From Polyangiales bacterium (GTDB lineage Bacteria; Myxococcota_A; Polyangia; Polyangiales; Polyangiaceae), in contig JBBRNJ010000004.1 of NCBI GenBank assembly GCA_038230375.1, positions 128,001 through 192,000 on the forward strand: DNA of 64,000 nucleotides. Reading direction: 5' to 3'. Shown here piece by piece: positions 18,389-27,112 of this stretch. Every line of letters starts with the position of its first letter. The stretch's first letter is position 1. Under the pieces are notes generated by a model. That model did no database searches, was not told the DNA's origin, and saw nothing but the letters and a program-made list of their open reading frames with translations. Made by a program: the position numbers and the translations under genes.

Positions 18389-20284
18389 TCACCCCAGCTG
18401 GCGTAGACCGGCGTCGCGCCCCGTCGCTCGGCGTGTTGCGATGAGCCAGGCCTCCAGGCGCTCGCGCTTCACCTGACCTCGATCAAGGATCGCCTGCTCG
18501 TCCTTCGTGAGGTCGCGCACGGTGCGGCCGCTCACGCAGAGGTCCGCGAGGATGTCGGCGAAGATGATGTGCTTCACGGCCTTGCCTTCCTCCGCCACGT
18601 CCGCGTGGTGAAGGGCACACGCCATGCGGATCTCCTCCGGCAGGTTCCAGGACGCGGCCAGTCCTGCGCCGGCATCTGCGTGATGCGCCTTCACCAGCGA
18701 GCGTGCTTGCTCCTCGCGGATCGGGCCAGGCAGGAGCGAAAGAATGCGATAGATGCGCGCCTCTCCCACGTCATGCAGGAGGCCGGCGAGATAGCTGTAT
18801 TCTACACCGAACGACAGCTCGCGCGCGACGATGCGGCACGCATGCGCGCACACCACGCTGCGATCGAACGAGCGCGTGACCTCCAGCCGGAAGCGCGTGA
18901 GCCCACGGCGCGCGGACTCGTACACGACCTGGAAGAGCAGGTCGCGCGTGGCAGAGAGGCCCAGCGTGACGACGGCACCGAGCGTGGTGGTGACGCGCTC
19001 TGCCCGCGCGTAGTAGGCGGAGTTCGAGGCCGCAAGGAAGCGCGCTGCGATGGGCGGGTCCTTCTCCACCATGCTCGCGATGCGTGCCAGATCCACGGTG
19101 GGGTCGCTGCCGAGCGAGAGCGCACGCTCGGCCGCCTCTGGCAACACAGGCAGCCAGGACTTGCCGTTCTCGAGCTGGGCGAGCAGCTCCGCCTCGGTCG
19201 CCGAGTCGGAACCGCCGAGGCTCGCGCCGGGAGAGCGAAGCAGGAGATCGCCGGGGGCCCTGGGTGCGCCGAGCGCGCCGGGGCTCTCCACGTCGCTGTC
19301 GCGACGGAGCGGGATCACATTGGCGGGGACGAACGGCGGCGCGGTGCCCACGCGATTTCGTCCATTGCGCTTCGCGCCTTCGAGCGCGAGATCCGCGCGG
19401 CGTTCAATCGCGGTCGCGTTGGGGTCGGGGCGCTCGGGGACGAAGCTTGCCACGCCGATGCTGATGGTGATCTTCCGACCCTTGAGCTCCGGGATGGCAA
19501 GCGCACAGATGCCCGCGCGGTGTCGCTCCGCCACCATCTGCGCCACCTCCAGGCTGGCCAGCGGAAGCAGCACGGCGAACTTCTCGCCCGCCCAGCGTCC
19601 GCACAGGTCTGCGCCTCGCACCTGCGCGCGTAGATGATTGGCAACGGCCTTGAGCGCAACGTCGCCCACGGTCATGCCCAGGTCCTCGTTGATCGACTTC
19701 CAGTGATCGAGATCAAGAAACAAGAGAGAAAATGGCTCCGCCTGACCCACGTAGCGATCCAGCCCCATGGCGATCGACTGCCTGGAGTGTGTGCCCGTGA
19801 GTGGGTCCGTGAGCGAGCTCTTCAGCCGGTCGCGCTCCTTGCGCACGCGGGCAAGAGCATCGACGCCGCGCTTGTTGCGCAGCTGCACCTTCACGCGCGC
19901 GGAGACCTCACGAAGCCTTCGCGCGTCCACCACGTCGTCAGCGCCGTTGCCGAGCGAGACCGCGGTACGCCCTTCGTCCACCACTCCATCACGGGCGATG
20001 AGCACGCATGCGCGGCTCTCGGGCGGGGCCTGCGTGAGCTCCAGGCAGACCTGCGGCGTGAGCCCGTCATCCATGTCCAGGATGATGACGTCGGGCACCG
20101 TCTCCGCGGCCACGCTGTAGACCTGATCGAACTCGGCGCTCGGGAACACGTCGTGTCCGTCGGCGGCGAGCGCGTCGCACACGGCGTCCCGTGCGCGCTT
20201 CTTACCGAGCATCACCAGGATGCGCGCGCGGCGGTTCTCCTCTGGTGGGCGCGAGGAGTAGGCGGGGGGTTCGACGGCAGCCAT
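18389..20284 (-). CDS. REC-GGDEF(degenerate)-HDOD signalling protein
   Basis: PDVIILD receiver; DPLTG...DLDHWKSINE...RGAD-x5-AGEKF; HDOD LPVLP...DPPIAARFLAASNS...GLLHDVG. Confidence 0.9.
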   Translation of the reverse strand: MAAVEPPAYSSRPPEENRRARILVMLGKKRARDAVCDALAADGHDVFPSAEFDQVYSVAAETVPDVIILDMDDGLTPQVCLELTQAPPESRACVLIARDGVVDEGRTAVSLGNGADDVVDARRLREVSARVKVQLRNKRGVDALARVRKERDRLKSSLTDPLTGTHSRQSIAMGLDRYVGQAEPFSLLFLDLDHWKSINEDLGMTVGDVALKAVANHLRAQVRGADLCGRWAGEKFAVLLPLASLEVAQMVAERHRAGICALAIPELKGRKITISIGVASFVPERPDPNATAIERRADLALEGAKRNGRNRVGTAPPFVPANVIPLRRDSDVESPGALGAPRAPGDLLLRSPGASLGGSDSATEAELLAQLENGKSWLPVLPEAAERALSLGSDPTVDLARIASMVEKDPPIAARFLAASNSAYYARAERVTTTLGAVVTLGLSATRDLLFQVVYESARRGLTRFRLEVTRSFDRSVVCAHACRIVARELSFGVEYSYLAGLLHDVGEARIYRILSLLPGPIREEQARSLVKAHHADAGAGLAASWNLPEEIRMACALHHADVAEEGKAVKHIIFADILADLCVSGRTVRDLTKDEQAILDRGQVKRERLEAWLIATRRATGRDAGLRQLG

Positions 20285-20300
20285 CAGTGAGCTCGCGCCA

Positions 20301-20792
20301 TCACCCGTTGCTGACCAGCGCGAGCGGCGTCTCTTCTTCGGCGGTCGCCTGGTCCATCGCGGGCGCTGGCGTGGAGACCTGGGGCGAGGTCTGGTGCCGA
20401 AGCACGAACGGTATCGTTTGCCCGCCGAGCGCGATGATCTGCTGCCCTTCGCGCGTCTTCACGTTCACCACGAGCGGCGCCAGCATGTTGACGGTCGGGC
20501 CCATCGGTCCATTGGCGTTGAGTACCGCCATCACGGAGTGGGTCTCCGCGGAGAAGCCGGCGCCCTCGAGGCTGTCGTACGAGAAGTCGCACTCGACCGA
20601 TTCGATGGAAACCACCGGGAGCGAGAGCCACGGAGACTTCGTCGACTGGAGCCAGCCGATCGGCGATTCGGGCCTGTGGCGCACAAGAACGAAGCTGTGC
20701 TCGTCGAAGAAGCCGATCAGTCCTTCGGGGAACGTGATCTCGTCCGCATCGTCGATTTCCATCGTCCCCAAGCGTCGACTCTCGATCTTCAT
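20301..20792 (-). CDS. fliW: Flagellar assembly factor / CsrA antagonist FliW
   Basis: MKIESRRLG..EI....ITFPEGLIGF....FVL.....PIGWLQS....L..V ... TVNMLAPLVVN...REGQQII. Confidence 0.88.
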   Translation of the reverse strand: MKIESRRLGTMEIDDADEITFPEGLIGFFDEHSFVLVRHRPESPIGWLQSTKSPWLSLPVVSIESVECDFSYDSLEGAGFSAETHSVMAVLNANGPMGPTVNMLAPLVVNVKTREGQQIIALGGQTIPFVLRHQTSPQVSTPAPAMDQATAEEETPLALVSNG

Positions 20793-20854
20793 GACGTCCT
20801 ATCTCCTTTTGCGCGACACGCTCCCGTGGGAGGCGGCGACGCAGCAGGACAAGG

Positions 20855-20870
20855 AGCACGAGTCGGGCCA
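20855..20870 (-). promoter_or_regulatory. Sigma54 promoter of fliW operon
   Basis: Minus strand TGGCCCGACTCGTGCT (GG-N10-GC); AAGGAG RBS downstream. Confidence 0.6.
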
Positions 20871-20919
20871 ATTTTCGGAAGGCCACAGAGATGTTCACGC
20901 GTGCAGTGGCGGAACGCCT

Positions 20920-21171
20920 CTACTTCACGATGCGCACGACAGGGCGCGGAGCCAGCTCGATTTCATCCGCGAGCTTCTTCAGACGCGCGCAGGCAAAGAG
21001 GATGTCGTGGATGGCAACGCCCACGTCCTCGGGCGGACGCTCGCCAATCCACTCGGCGTTCGCGCAGATGATGCTGAGGATGTTCTTCACCTCGTGCCGG
21101 AAGAGCACCGTAGGTGGAAGGCTGTCGCGCTTGGGTTCGGCGGAGGGCGGAATGGATCGAACGGCTCCCAT
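20920..21171 (-). CDS. Stand-alone HisKA/DHp-like small protein (83 aa)
   Basis: FRHEVKNILSIICANAEWI...IHDILFACARLKKLADEI matches the H-box plus second helix of HisKA; no ATPase domain. Confidence 0.6.
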   Translation of the reverse strand: MGAVRSIPPSAEPKRDSLPPTVLFRHEVKNILSIICANAEWIGERPPEDVGVAIHDILFACARLKKLADEIELAPRPVVRIVK

Positions 21172-21271
21172 GATGAAAGGAGAACGGCCGTCCACCGCGG
21201 CCCTTGAGCACGTCTTTCCCTGTCTTGACGATCCCTGGATGAAACGCGAGCGGACCGGCCATCCTTTCTGC

Positions 21272-21907
21272 ATGACCACCCGCCATGGGCTCCTGGTAGC
21301 CAGCTGCATCTTCTTCATCGCATGCGGCGGAAGGATTGCCCCCGAGCGCGGAGATGGCGACACGGAAGCCACCGACACGCAAGCTCCCGAGCCCGTGACG
21401 CCCGAGCCGGCTGCAAAGAGCGCGTCGACCGCGGTTCCCACGCCCGCCCAGTATTGCGACGCGCTGCGCGAGAACGCCTGCAATGGCTCGATGGTGTCGG
21501 ACGCGTCGTGCGCCGACAGCTACGCGGCTGCGAGCGACGCCTATCGCGCGGCGCTGGTGGACTGCGTGCAGGGAGGTGAGGTGGACTGCAACGCATATCC
21601 CGGCACGTGTGAGGTCGGAAAACTTGCGGCCGCCACCCCGACGGCGGCGCAACGAGCGCTGGCAGAAGCGTTCTGTCACGCGTGCGTGGCTGACGAACCC
21701 GCTTCGGATTGCGTGGACGTGACGCTTCGAAACGTTGGGCTGGGCGAGACCATCGGCGTGGCGATCCTGGTGCTGAGTGATTCCGGCGCGGTGGACGGTC
21801 TGAGCTGCGCGCCCGATACGCGCGCAATGAACCAGCCCACGCCGTTCCTCTGTGAGGGCGAGTTCATCAACTGCCTCGCGAAGTATCGGCCCATCGTCGG
21901 CCAGTGA
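21272..21907 (+). CDS. Cys-rich lipoprotein
   Basis: IACGG lipobox; many cysteines. Confidence 0.75.
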   Translation: MTTRHGLLVASCIFFIACGGRIAPERGDGDTEATDTQAPEPVTPEPAAKSASTAVPTPAQYCDALRENACNGSMVSDASCADSYAAASDAYRAALVDCVQGGEVDCNAYPGTCEVGKLAAATPTAAQRALAEAFCHACVADEPASDCVDVTLRNVGLGETIGVAILVLSDSGAVDGLSCAPDTRAMNQPTPFLCEGEFINCLAKYRPIVGQ

Positions 21908-21910
21908 GCA

Positions 21911-22534
21911 TCACCAGAGCGAGAAGCGCGTCGAGAGCTGTGCGCGCGGACCTTTCAGGTGATCGATGTCCATGAACGGAAAGTGGTAGCCGCCCTCCGC
22001 GTCCACCATCAGGTTGTGATGCCAGTAGAGGTGCACGCCGCCCAGCGCGTAGGCGTAGGAAGAGGTCCCGAGCTCGCTCTGCGTGAGCCCGCCAACGGTG
22101 CCGCCAAAATAGGGTATGAGCCACCGGCGGCTGGAGTTGCGCTCGAGCGACGCGGTCGCGCCCAGCTCGAAGAGCGCCATGGTGCCATTCGAATCCGGCG
22201 ACTTCAGCAGCGACACCTGCGCGATGGTCGACACCTGGCTCGGCCCGAAGTGATCGTTGTTGTGCGAGAACTGGTAGGGCGCGAACTGCACGCCGCCGCC
22301 AACGAAGAAGCCCTTGCCCGCGGTGGGATGGAAGAAGACCGCTTGCCCGCCGGGCATCAGGAAGATGTCGCGCTCGATGCAGTCCTCCTCCGGCTGGCCG
22401 TTGTGTTGAGCGTCGTGGTTCTTCGGATCGGTGGTCTTCGTTCCGTCGCTGCATCGCTCTGCGTGGGCGAGCGCCGGAAACATCGTGAGCGACGTGACTG
22501 TCAGCAGACCTGTTCCGAGGGTGAGTCTTTTCAT
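21911..22534 (-). CDS. Secreted small outer-membrane beta-barrel-like protein
   Basis: Signal ending AHA; amphipathic strands; terminal RFSLW. Confidence 0.65.
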   Translation of the reverse strand: MKRLTLGTGLLTVTSLTMFPALAHAERCSDGTKTTDPKNHDAQHNGQPEEDCIERDIFLMPGGQAVFFHPTAGKGFFVGGGVQFAPYQFSHNNDHFGPSQVSTIAQVSLLKSPDSNGTMALFELGATASLERNSSRRWLIPYFGGTVGGLTQSELGTSSYAYALGGVHLYWHHNLMVDAEGGYHFPFMDIDHLKGPRAQLSTRFSLW

Positions 22535-22547
22535 GCGAAGGCCCGGT

Positions 22548-22563
22548 CGCAAGCGACATGCCG
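22548..22563 (-). promoter_or_regulatory. Sigma54 promoter
   Basis: Minus strand CGGCATGTCGCTTGCG, 13 nt before ATG 22534. Confidence 0.6.
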
Positions 22564-22736
22564 CGCCGTTCGAGCCAAATTTCCGTGGAATCTTGCGGTC
22601 TGTAAATTCTGTAAAATGAGAACGTTCGTTCGCATGCGTCGCGTCCCTCGCGCTTTTCGCTTCGCAGTCCTCATCGCGGCTGCGGCTTCGAACTGACGCA
22701 CCGGACGGCTCGAAAGCCCGTACACTCGCGGCGCCG

Positions 22737-24278
22737 ATGTCCGCACCTCCCGAGATAACGCTCCACCCGCGCAAGAAGAGCGAGCGCGAGCACGACCACT
22801 CGCTGGTCGACGTGGACCTGGACGCGACCCAGCGCGAGATCGTCATGCTGCCGAGCGGGCGCTCCACGCTGGTGCTCGGTGAAGCGGGCCATGGCAAGAC
22901 CACCGTCGCGCTGCATCGTCTCGCATTTCTCTGCAAGGGCGCGAAGCGGGGGTACAAGGCAGTGGTGGTGGTGCCCACCGAGGCGCTCGTCGCGCTGCTC
23001 GAACCGCTCACGGTGAAGCTGGGTGTGGACGTGCCGGTGCTCACGTTCGATCGCTTCGCGGCAAAGCAGGCACGCCGTGCCTTCAAGGATCTCCCCAGGA
23101 AGGAGAGTCGCGATGCAAGCGCCGCCGTGGTGCGGCTGAAGCGCGACCCTGCGCTGCGCGTTGCGATCGCGGAGCTGGCCAAGCGCCCGCCCGGCGCCGT
23201 GGACGACGAGCGCGAGGACGAGGAGGGAGCGTTCGAGGCCGGACGGCGCAAGAAGCGAGAGGGCTCCAACGCCCATGCGCACTACGGCGATCTGCAGCAC
23301 CTCTTCGGTGATCGTGCGCTGATCGATGCAGTGGCGCGCGCATCCACGAACCCCTACTCGGCTGCAGCGAAGGCAGACGTCATCGAACACACGCGCGTCC
23401 AGTTCTCCCAGACCACGGAGGAAGAGTTCTCGCACGTGATGGACAAGGAGCGCCTCGTGTCCGTGGACCAACAGTCGCTCGACGCCGGCACGCCGCTGGG
23501 CGATGCGCGCTCGGTCGACGTCGAGGACTACCCCGTGATGTTCGAGCTCGACCGCCTGCGAGCAGAGCGCGTGGGTGAGGCCCCCGAGACGCCAAAGCCG
23601 TTCGACTGCATCGTGATGGATGAGGCGCAGGAGCTGGCGCCGCTGGAGCTGGCACTCCTTGGACGCAGCTTGAAGCCTGGTGGAACGTTGGTCGTGGCTG
23701 GCGACGCGGACCAGCAGGTCGATCCGGCCGTGACGTTCACCAGCTGGGAAGACACCATGCGCGAGCTGTCGTGCGCGGACTTCGAGCGCAAGGTGCTCTC
23801 CATTGGCTACCGCTGCCCGCCGCGCGTGGTCGCGCTCGCGAAGCACGCGCTCTCCTCCGCCTCGAAGGCGCCGAAGGACGTGATGGTGCTTGCGTTCGCC
23901 GATCTCGATGCGCAGGCAGAGAGCCTGAGCCTGGCGATGGACGCCCTTGCCGAGAAGGATCCGCGCGCGAATGGCGCCCTGATCCTGCGGACGCCGCTGG
24001 CGGCGCGCAGGCTTGCGGACAAGATCAAGAAGGAGCACCCGTGTCGCCTGGTGCTCGACGGCGCGTTCCTGCCAGGTCCCGGCTTCTCCGTGACGTGGGT
24101 CGGCAACGTGAAGGGCCTGGAGTTCGACTTCGTCGTGGTCCCCGATCTGTCGGCGCACGTGTACCCCGACACCGTGGATGCGCGGCGCGCTTTGTACGTG
24201 GCAGTGACACGCGCGAAGCACCAGGTGGTGCTCGCCTGCGTGGGCCCGCGCTCACCGATCATCCAGACCTCCCCGTAG
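22737..24278 (+). CDS. Superfamily 1 (UvrD/HelD-like) helicase/ATPase
   Basis: GEAGHGKTT(VALHRLA), MDEAQE, AGDADQQ, YRCP, KGLEFD, LYVAVTRA. Confidence 0.9.
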   Translation: MSAPPEITLHPRKKSEREHDHSLVDVDLDATQREIVMLPSGRSTLVLGEAGHGKTTVALHRLAFLCKGAKRGYKAVVVVPTEALVALLEPLTVKLGVDVPVLTFDRFAAKQARRAFKDLPRKESRDASAAVVRLKRDPALRVAIAELAKRPPGAVDDEREDEEGAFEAGRRKKREGSNAHAHYGDLQHLFGDRALIDAVARASTNPYSAAAKADVIEHTRVQFSQTTEEEFSHVMDKERLVSVDQQSLDAGTPLGDARSVDVEDYPVMFELDRLRAERVGEAPETPKPFDCIVMDEAQELAPLELALLGRSLKPGGTLVVAGDADQQVDPAVTFTSWEDTMRELSCADFERKVLSIGYRCPPRVVALAKHALSSASKAPKDVMVLAFADLDAQAESLSLAMDALAEKDPRANGALILRTPLAARRLADKIKKEHPCRLVLDGAFLPGPGFSVTWVGNVKGLEFDFVVVPDLSAHVYPDTVDARRALYVAVTRAKHQVVLACVGPRSPIIQTSP

Positions 24279-24305
24279 CGTTTGAGCGTAGAGTTGGGGG
24301 CGACG

Positions 24306-24887
24306 ATGGAGAAGAAGGAACTTCCACCGGTAAGCGAGCGACGTGACGAGACGCCGCCGCCCATGGACCTGGTCTACGGAGCCGAGACGGGCGGGGGCAC
24401 GAAGCCGTCGATGGCGATCTTCCAGCTCTTTGCCGTGCCGCTCGTCGTCGCGGCGATCATGTCAGCTGCGATCTCTCCGAACGCGGGCCTGGGTGGGCTC
24501 ATCGGCTCCGCGATCATCCTCGTCTACCTCTGGAAACGGAAGAAGACGCCAGACACCGTACTGCGCGTGGAGTCGGGCGCCGTGCACGTGCTGAAGCGCG
24601 GCAAGGAAAGGGCGCGCTTCTCTCTCACGGAGCTCACGAACGTGCGCCTGGACATCAAGACCATCCAGAGAGTGCAAGAGGGCGGCAGCGCCATCCCGGC
24701 AATGCGCTTCATCGACAGTACGGTGGGCCCCGACCTCGACACCGCGCGAATCGTGCTGATCACGGGAGAGGGAAAAGAGCTCCCACTGACGGAGGACTTC
24801 CTCTCGCACATGGACTCGTCGGAGTGGCTAGGAAAAATCCGCCTCTTCCTGCGCAAGCACGGCTGGGTCCCCGCGGACGAACGCTAG
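24306..24887 (+). CDS. Hypothetical membrane protein (2 TM plus soluble domain)
   Basis: ORF with two hydrophobic helices; ends FLRKHGWVPADER. Confidence 0.7.
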   Translation: MEKKELPPVSERRDETPPPMDLVYGAETGGGTKPSMAIFQLFAVPLVVAAIMSAAISPNAGLGGLIGSAIILVYLWKRKKTPDTVLRVESGAVHVLKRGKERARFSLTELTNVRLDIKTIQRVQEGGSAIPAMRFIDSTVGPDLDTARIVLITGEGKELPLTEDFLSHMDSSEWLGKIRLFLRKHGWVPADER

Positions 24888-24889
24888 CT

Positions 24890-24924
24890 CCCCCCGTGCC
24901 CGTGCCCGTGCCCGTGCCCGCCCC
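24890..24924. repeat. (CCCGTG)4 hexamer tandem repeat; G-quadruplex-type motif on the minus strand
   Basis: ccccccgtgcccgtgcccgtgcccgtgcccgcccc between convergent genes. Confidence 0.85.
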
Positions 24925-24931
24925 TCGCAGT

Positions 24932-27067
24932 CTACCGCAGCCACCCCCGGACCAGCTGCTCGCGAAACACGACCGGATCCGCGGTGGGCCCCAGGCAGAC
25001 GCTGCGGTCACACACGAACGCCCGCGCCGCTCCCCGCCCCTTCGTCTTCCCATCGAGGCCCGGCAACACCGCCGCAAGCGCCGCGGGCGCGCCCTCCCCT
25101 GCCACGCGGATCTGATTCCCCCACGCGGGCAGTGTCCGCCCATACGCTGTGAGCAGCGGCGCAGCATCTGCCGGCGCACCCGCGATGACGACCTGGTACA
25201 CGGGGCCCGCATCCAGCAGCGCAACGTCCAACCACGCCGCCGCGCCGAGCTTCACCGCGCGCAGCGTGTTTCCGTACTTCTCGAACGCGTGCTCCAGCGA
25301 CACGTGCAACCCGTCCTTCGCGCCGAGCGTCTGTCGCCGAAGCAGCGCGCCGAGCAGCGCCGCGGTGCCCGATGGCTCCACGCCGTCGTCGGTCTTGATT
25401 GTCTTCGCGAGGTCCCCACGTCCTTCGTAGAAACCGCCATCGGCGGCCTCGAGCGGCTTCGCCTCCAGGAGGAGCTGGTCCGCGCGCGTGAGCCACTTCT
25501 GGTCCGAGGTCGCGGAGAAGAGGGCCAGATAGCCCGTCGCGAGATCGCCGTAGTCCGCCGCATACGCATCATTGCCGGTGGCTGTGCGCGTGAGCGTGCC
25601 GCGCTTCTCGTGGTGCGAGGCCCAGAGCGCATCTCCCACGGCGATCGCCGTGTCTCGGTAGCTCGTGTTCGCCGTGGCCGCAAACCCCGTGCAGAATGCA
25701 ACTATCGCGAGCCCGTTCCACGACGCCACGATCTTGTCGTCGCGCTGGGCCAGCCGTGCACGCGCAGAGTGGAGCCGCGGGCGCGCGCTTGCCCAGAGCG
25801 TGGTGAGCTCCGCCTCCGAGCGGCCTGTCTCGCGCGCGACCGCAGCCATGCTCTTCCACCGTGACGGCGCCACCTTCGTGGACCCCACGCCGAGCAGCGT
25901 CGCGATCGCCACGGCATCCGGACCCAGGATGTTCCCGAGCTCGGTGAAGGACCACCGCCACGCGACGCCCTCCTCACCTTTTGTGTCCGCGTCGAAGCTG
26001 GCGGCGAACCCGCTGCCTGGCACGCGCATGTCGTCCTCGAGGAACGCAAGCGTCTCCTTGCCGATGTCCGTGTACGTGGGCTCCGACAGCGCAACCGCCG
26101 CCTCGAAGTAGAGCGTTGCAAGCTGCGCCACGTCGTAGAGCATGATCTCGTAGTGAGGAACGGCCCACGCGGGATCGGTGGTGTAGCGGTGAAACCCGTA
26201 GGAGATGGGATCGCGAATCGCGCCCTTCGAGATCGCGCCGAGCGTCACACGAAGCGCGGATGCGAGCTCGGGAAGCTCCCATTTGCGCGTGGCGTGCAAG
26301 AGGAACGACAGGCGCGGCGGCATCGGAAACTTCACGTTGCCCTTGTTGCCTCCGCGCGCCAGGTCCATCTCCTCCGTGGCGCCGGTGGCGAGCGCCTTGA
26401 GCTCGTCCACCCCCATCGAGGTGCCCTTCGCGAGCAGGCCGTCACCCAGGACGTCCTTGATCGGCAGGATGGTGAGCGCGCCGCCTTCGTGATCCTTCCA
26501 GAGCGCGGACGCGCGCAACGCGGTGTCGACGAAGCGTGCATATTGCATGTATGTCGCACCGAAGAACGGATCCTTGCCCGGCGTGAGGAACAGCGTGGCG
26601 GGCCATCCGGGCGAGCCCGTGAACCGCGAGAGCGCCGCCATGTACGTGGTATCCAGGTCGGGCCGCTCCTCGCGGTCCACCTTGATCGAGATGAATCGCT
26701 CGTTCAGCACGCGCGCAGCGTCGTCCTTCGAGAACACCTCGTCGTGCATGACGTGGCAGAAGTGGCAGGCCGAGTAGCCAATGGAGAGAAAAATAGGCTT
26801 GTCCTGGGCCACGGCGGCGGCGAGCGCCTCTTCCCCCCACGGATACCAGTCGACGGGGTCGTGGGCGTGCTCCCGCAGGTACTGGGACGCCGCGTCCTTG
26901 AGGTGATTGCCCTCGCGACGGATCGCTTCCGGCTCGCGCGGGGCGGGCGTGGGGGCCGTGACCGCGGGCTGCGTGGAGGGCGAGGCCCTGCGCGCGTCGT
27001 CCTTCGTGCACGACGCGCAAACGGAGGCGAGAAGGAGCAGCGAGATGACCCTGAGCCCGCGTGGCAT
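24932..27067 (-). CDS. Exported thioredoxin-domain/six-hairpin protein (YyaL/DUF255 family)
   Basis: NHLKDAASQYLREHAHDPVDWYPWG, IGYSACHFCHVM, KVDREERPDLD, PHYEIMLYD, DDKIVASWNGL; N-terminal signal/lipobox (ASC). Confidence 0.9.
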   Translation of the reverse strand: MPRGLRVISLLLLASVCASCTKDDARRASPSTQPAVTAPTPAPREPEAIRREGNHLKDAASQYLREHAHDPVDWYPWGEEALAAAVAQDKPIFLSIGYSACHFCHVMHDEVFSKDDAARVLNERFISIKVDREERPDLDTTYMAALSRFTGSPGWPATLFLTPGKDPFFGATYMQYARFVDTALRASALWKDHEGGALTILPIKDVLGDGLLAKGTSMGVDELKALATGATEEMDLARGGNKGNVKFPMPPRLSFLLHATRKWELPELASALRVTLGAISKGAIRDPISYGFHRYTTDPAWAVPHYEIMLYDVAQLATLYFEAAVALSEPTYTDIGKETLAFLEDDMRVPGSGFAASFDADTKGEEGVAWRWSFTELGNILGPDAVAIATLLGVGSTKVAPSRWKSMAAVARETGRSEAELTTLWASARPRLHSARARLAQRDDKIVASWNGLAIVAFCTGFAATANTSYRDTAIAVGDALWASHHEKRGTLTRTATGNDAYAADYGDLATGYLALFSATSDQKWLTRADQLLLEAKPLEAADGGFYEGRGDLAKTIKTDDGVEPSGTAALLGALLRRQTLGAKDGLHVSLEHAFEKYGNTLRAVKLGAAAWLDVALLDAGPVYQVVIAGAPADAAPLLTAYGRTLPAWGNQIRVAGEGAPAALAAVLPGLDGKTKGRGAARAFVCDRSVCLGPTADPVVFREQLVRGWLR

Positions 27068-27112
27068 TTCGCTCCCGACGGTACCAGAGTCCTTGCGCGT
27101 GCGCCGTGCGCG

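Noticed and set aside
22737..24887. Helicase plus membrane protein as an anti-phage system
   Set aside because: No nuclease, TIR, SIR2 or other effector, and no defence-island context
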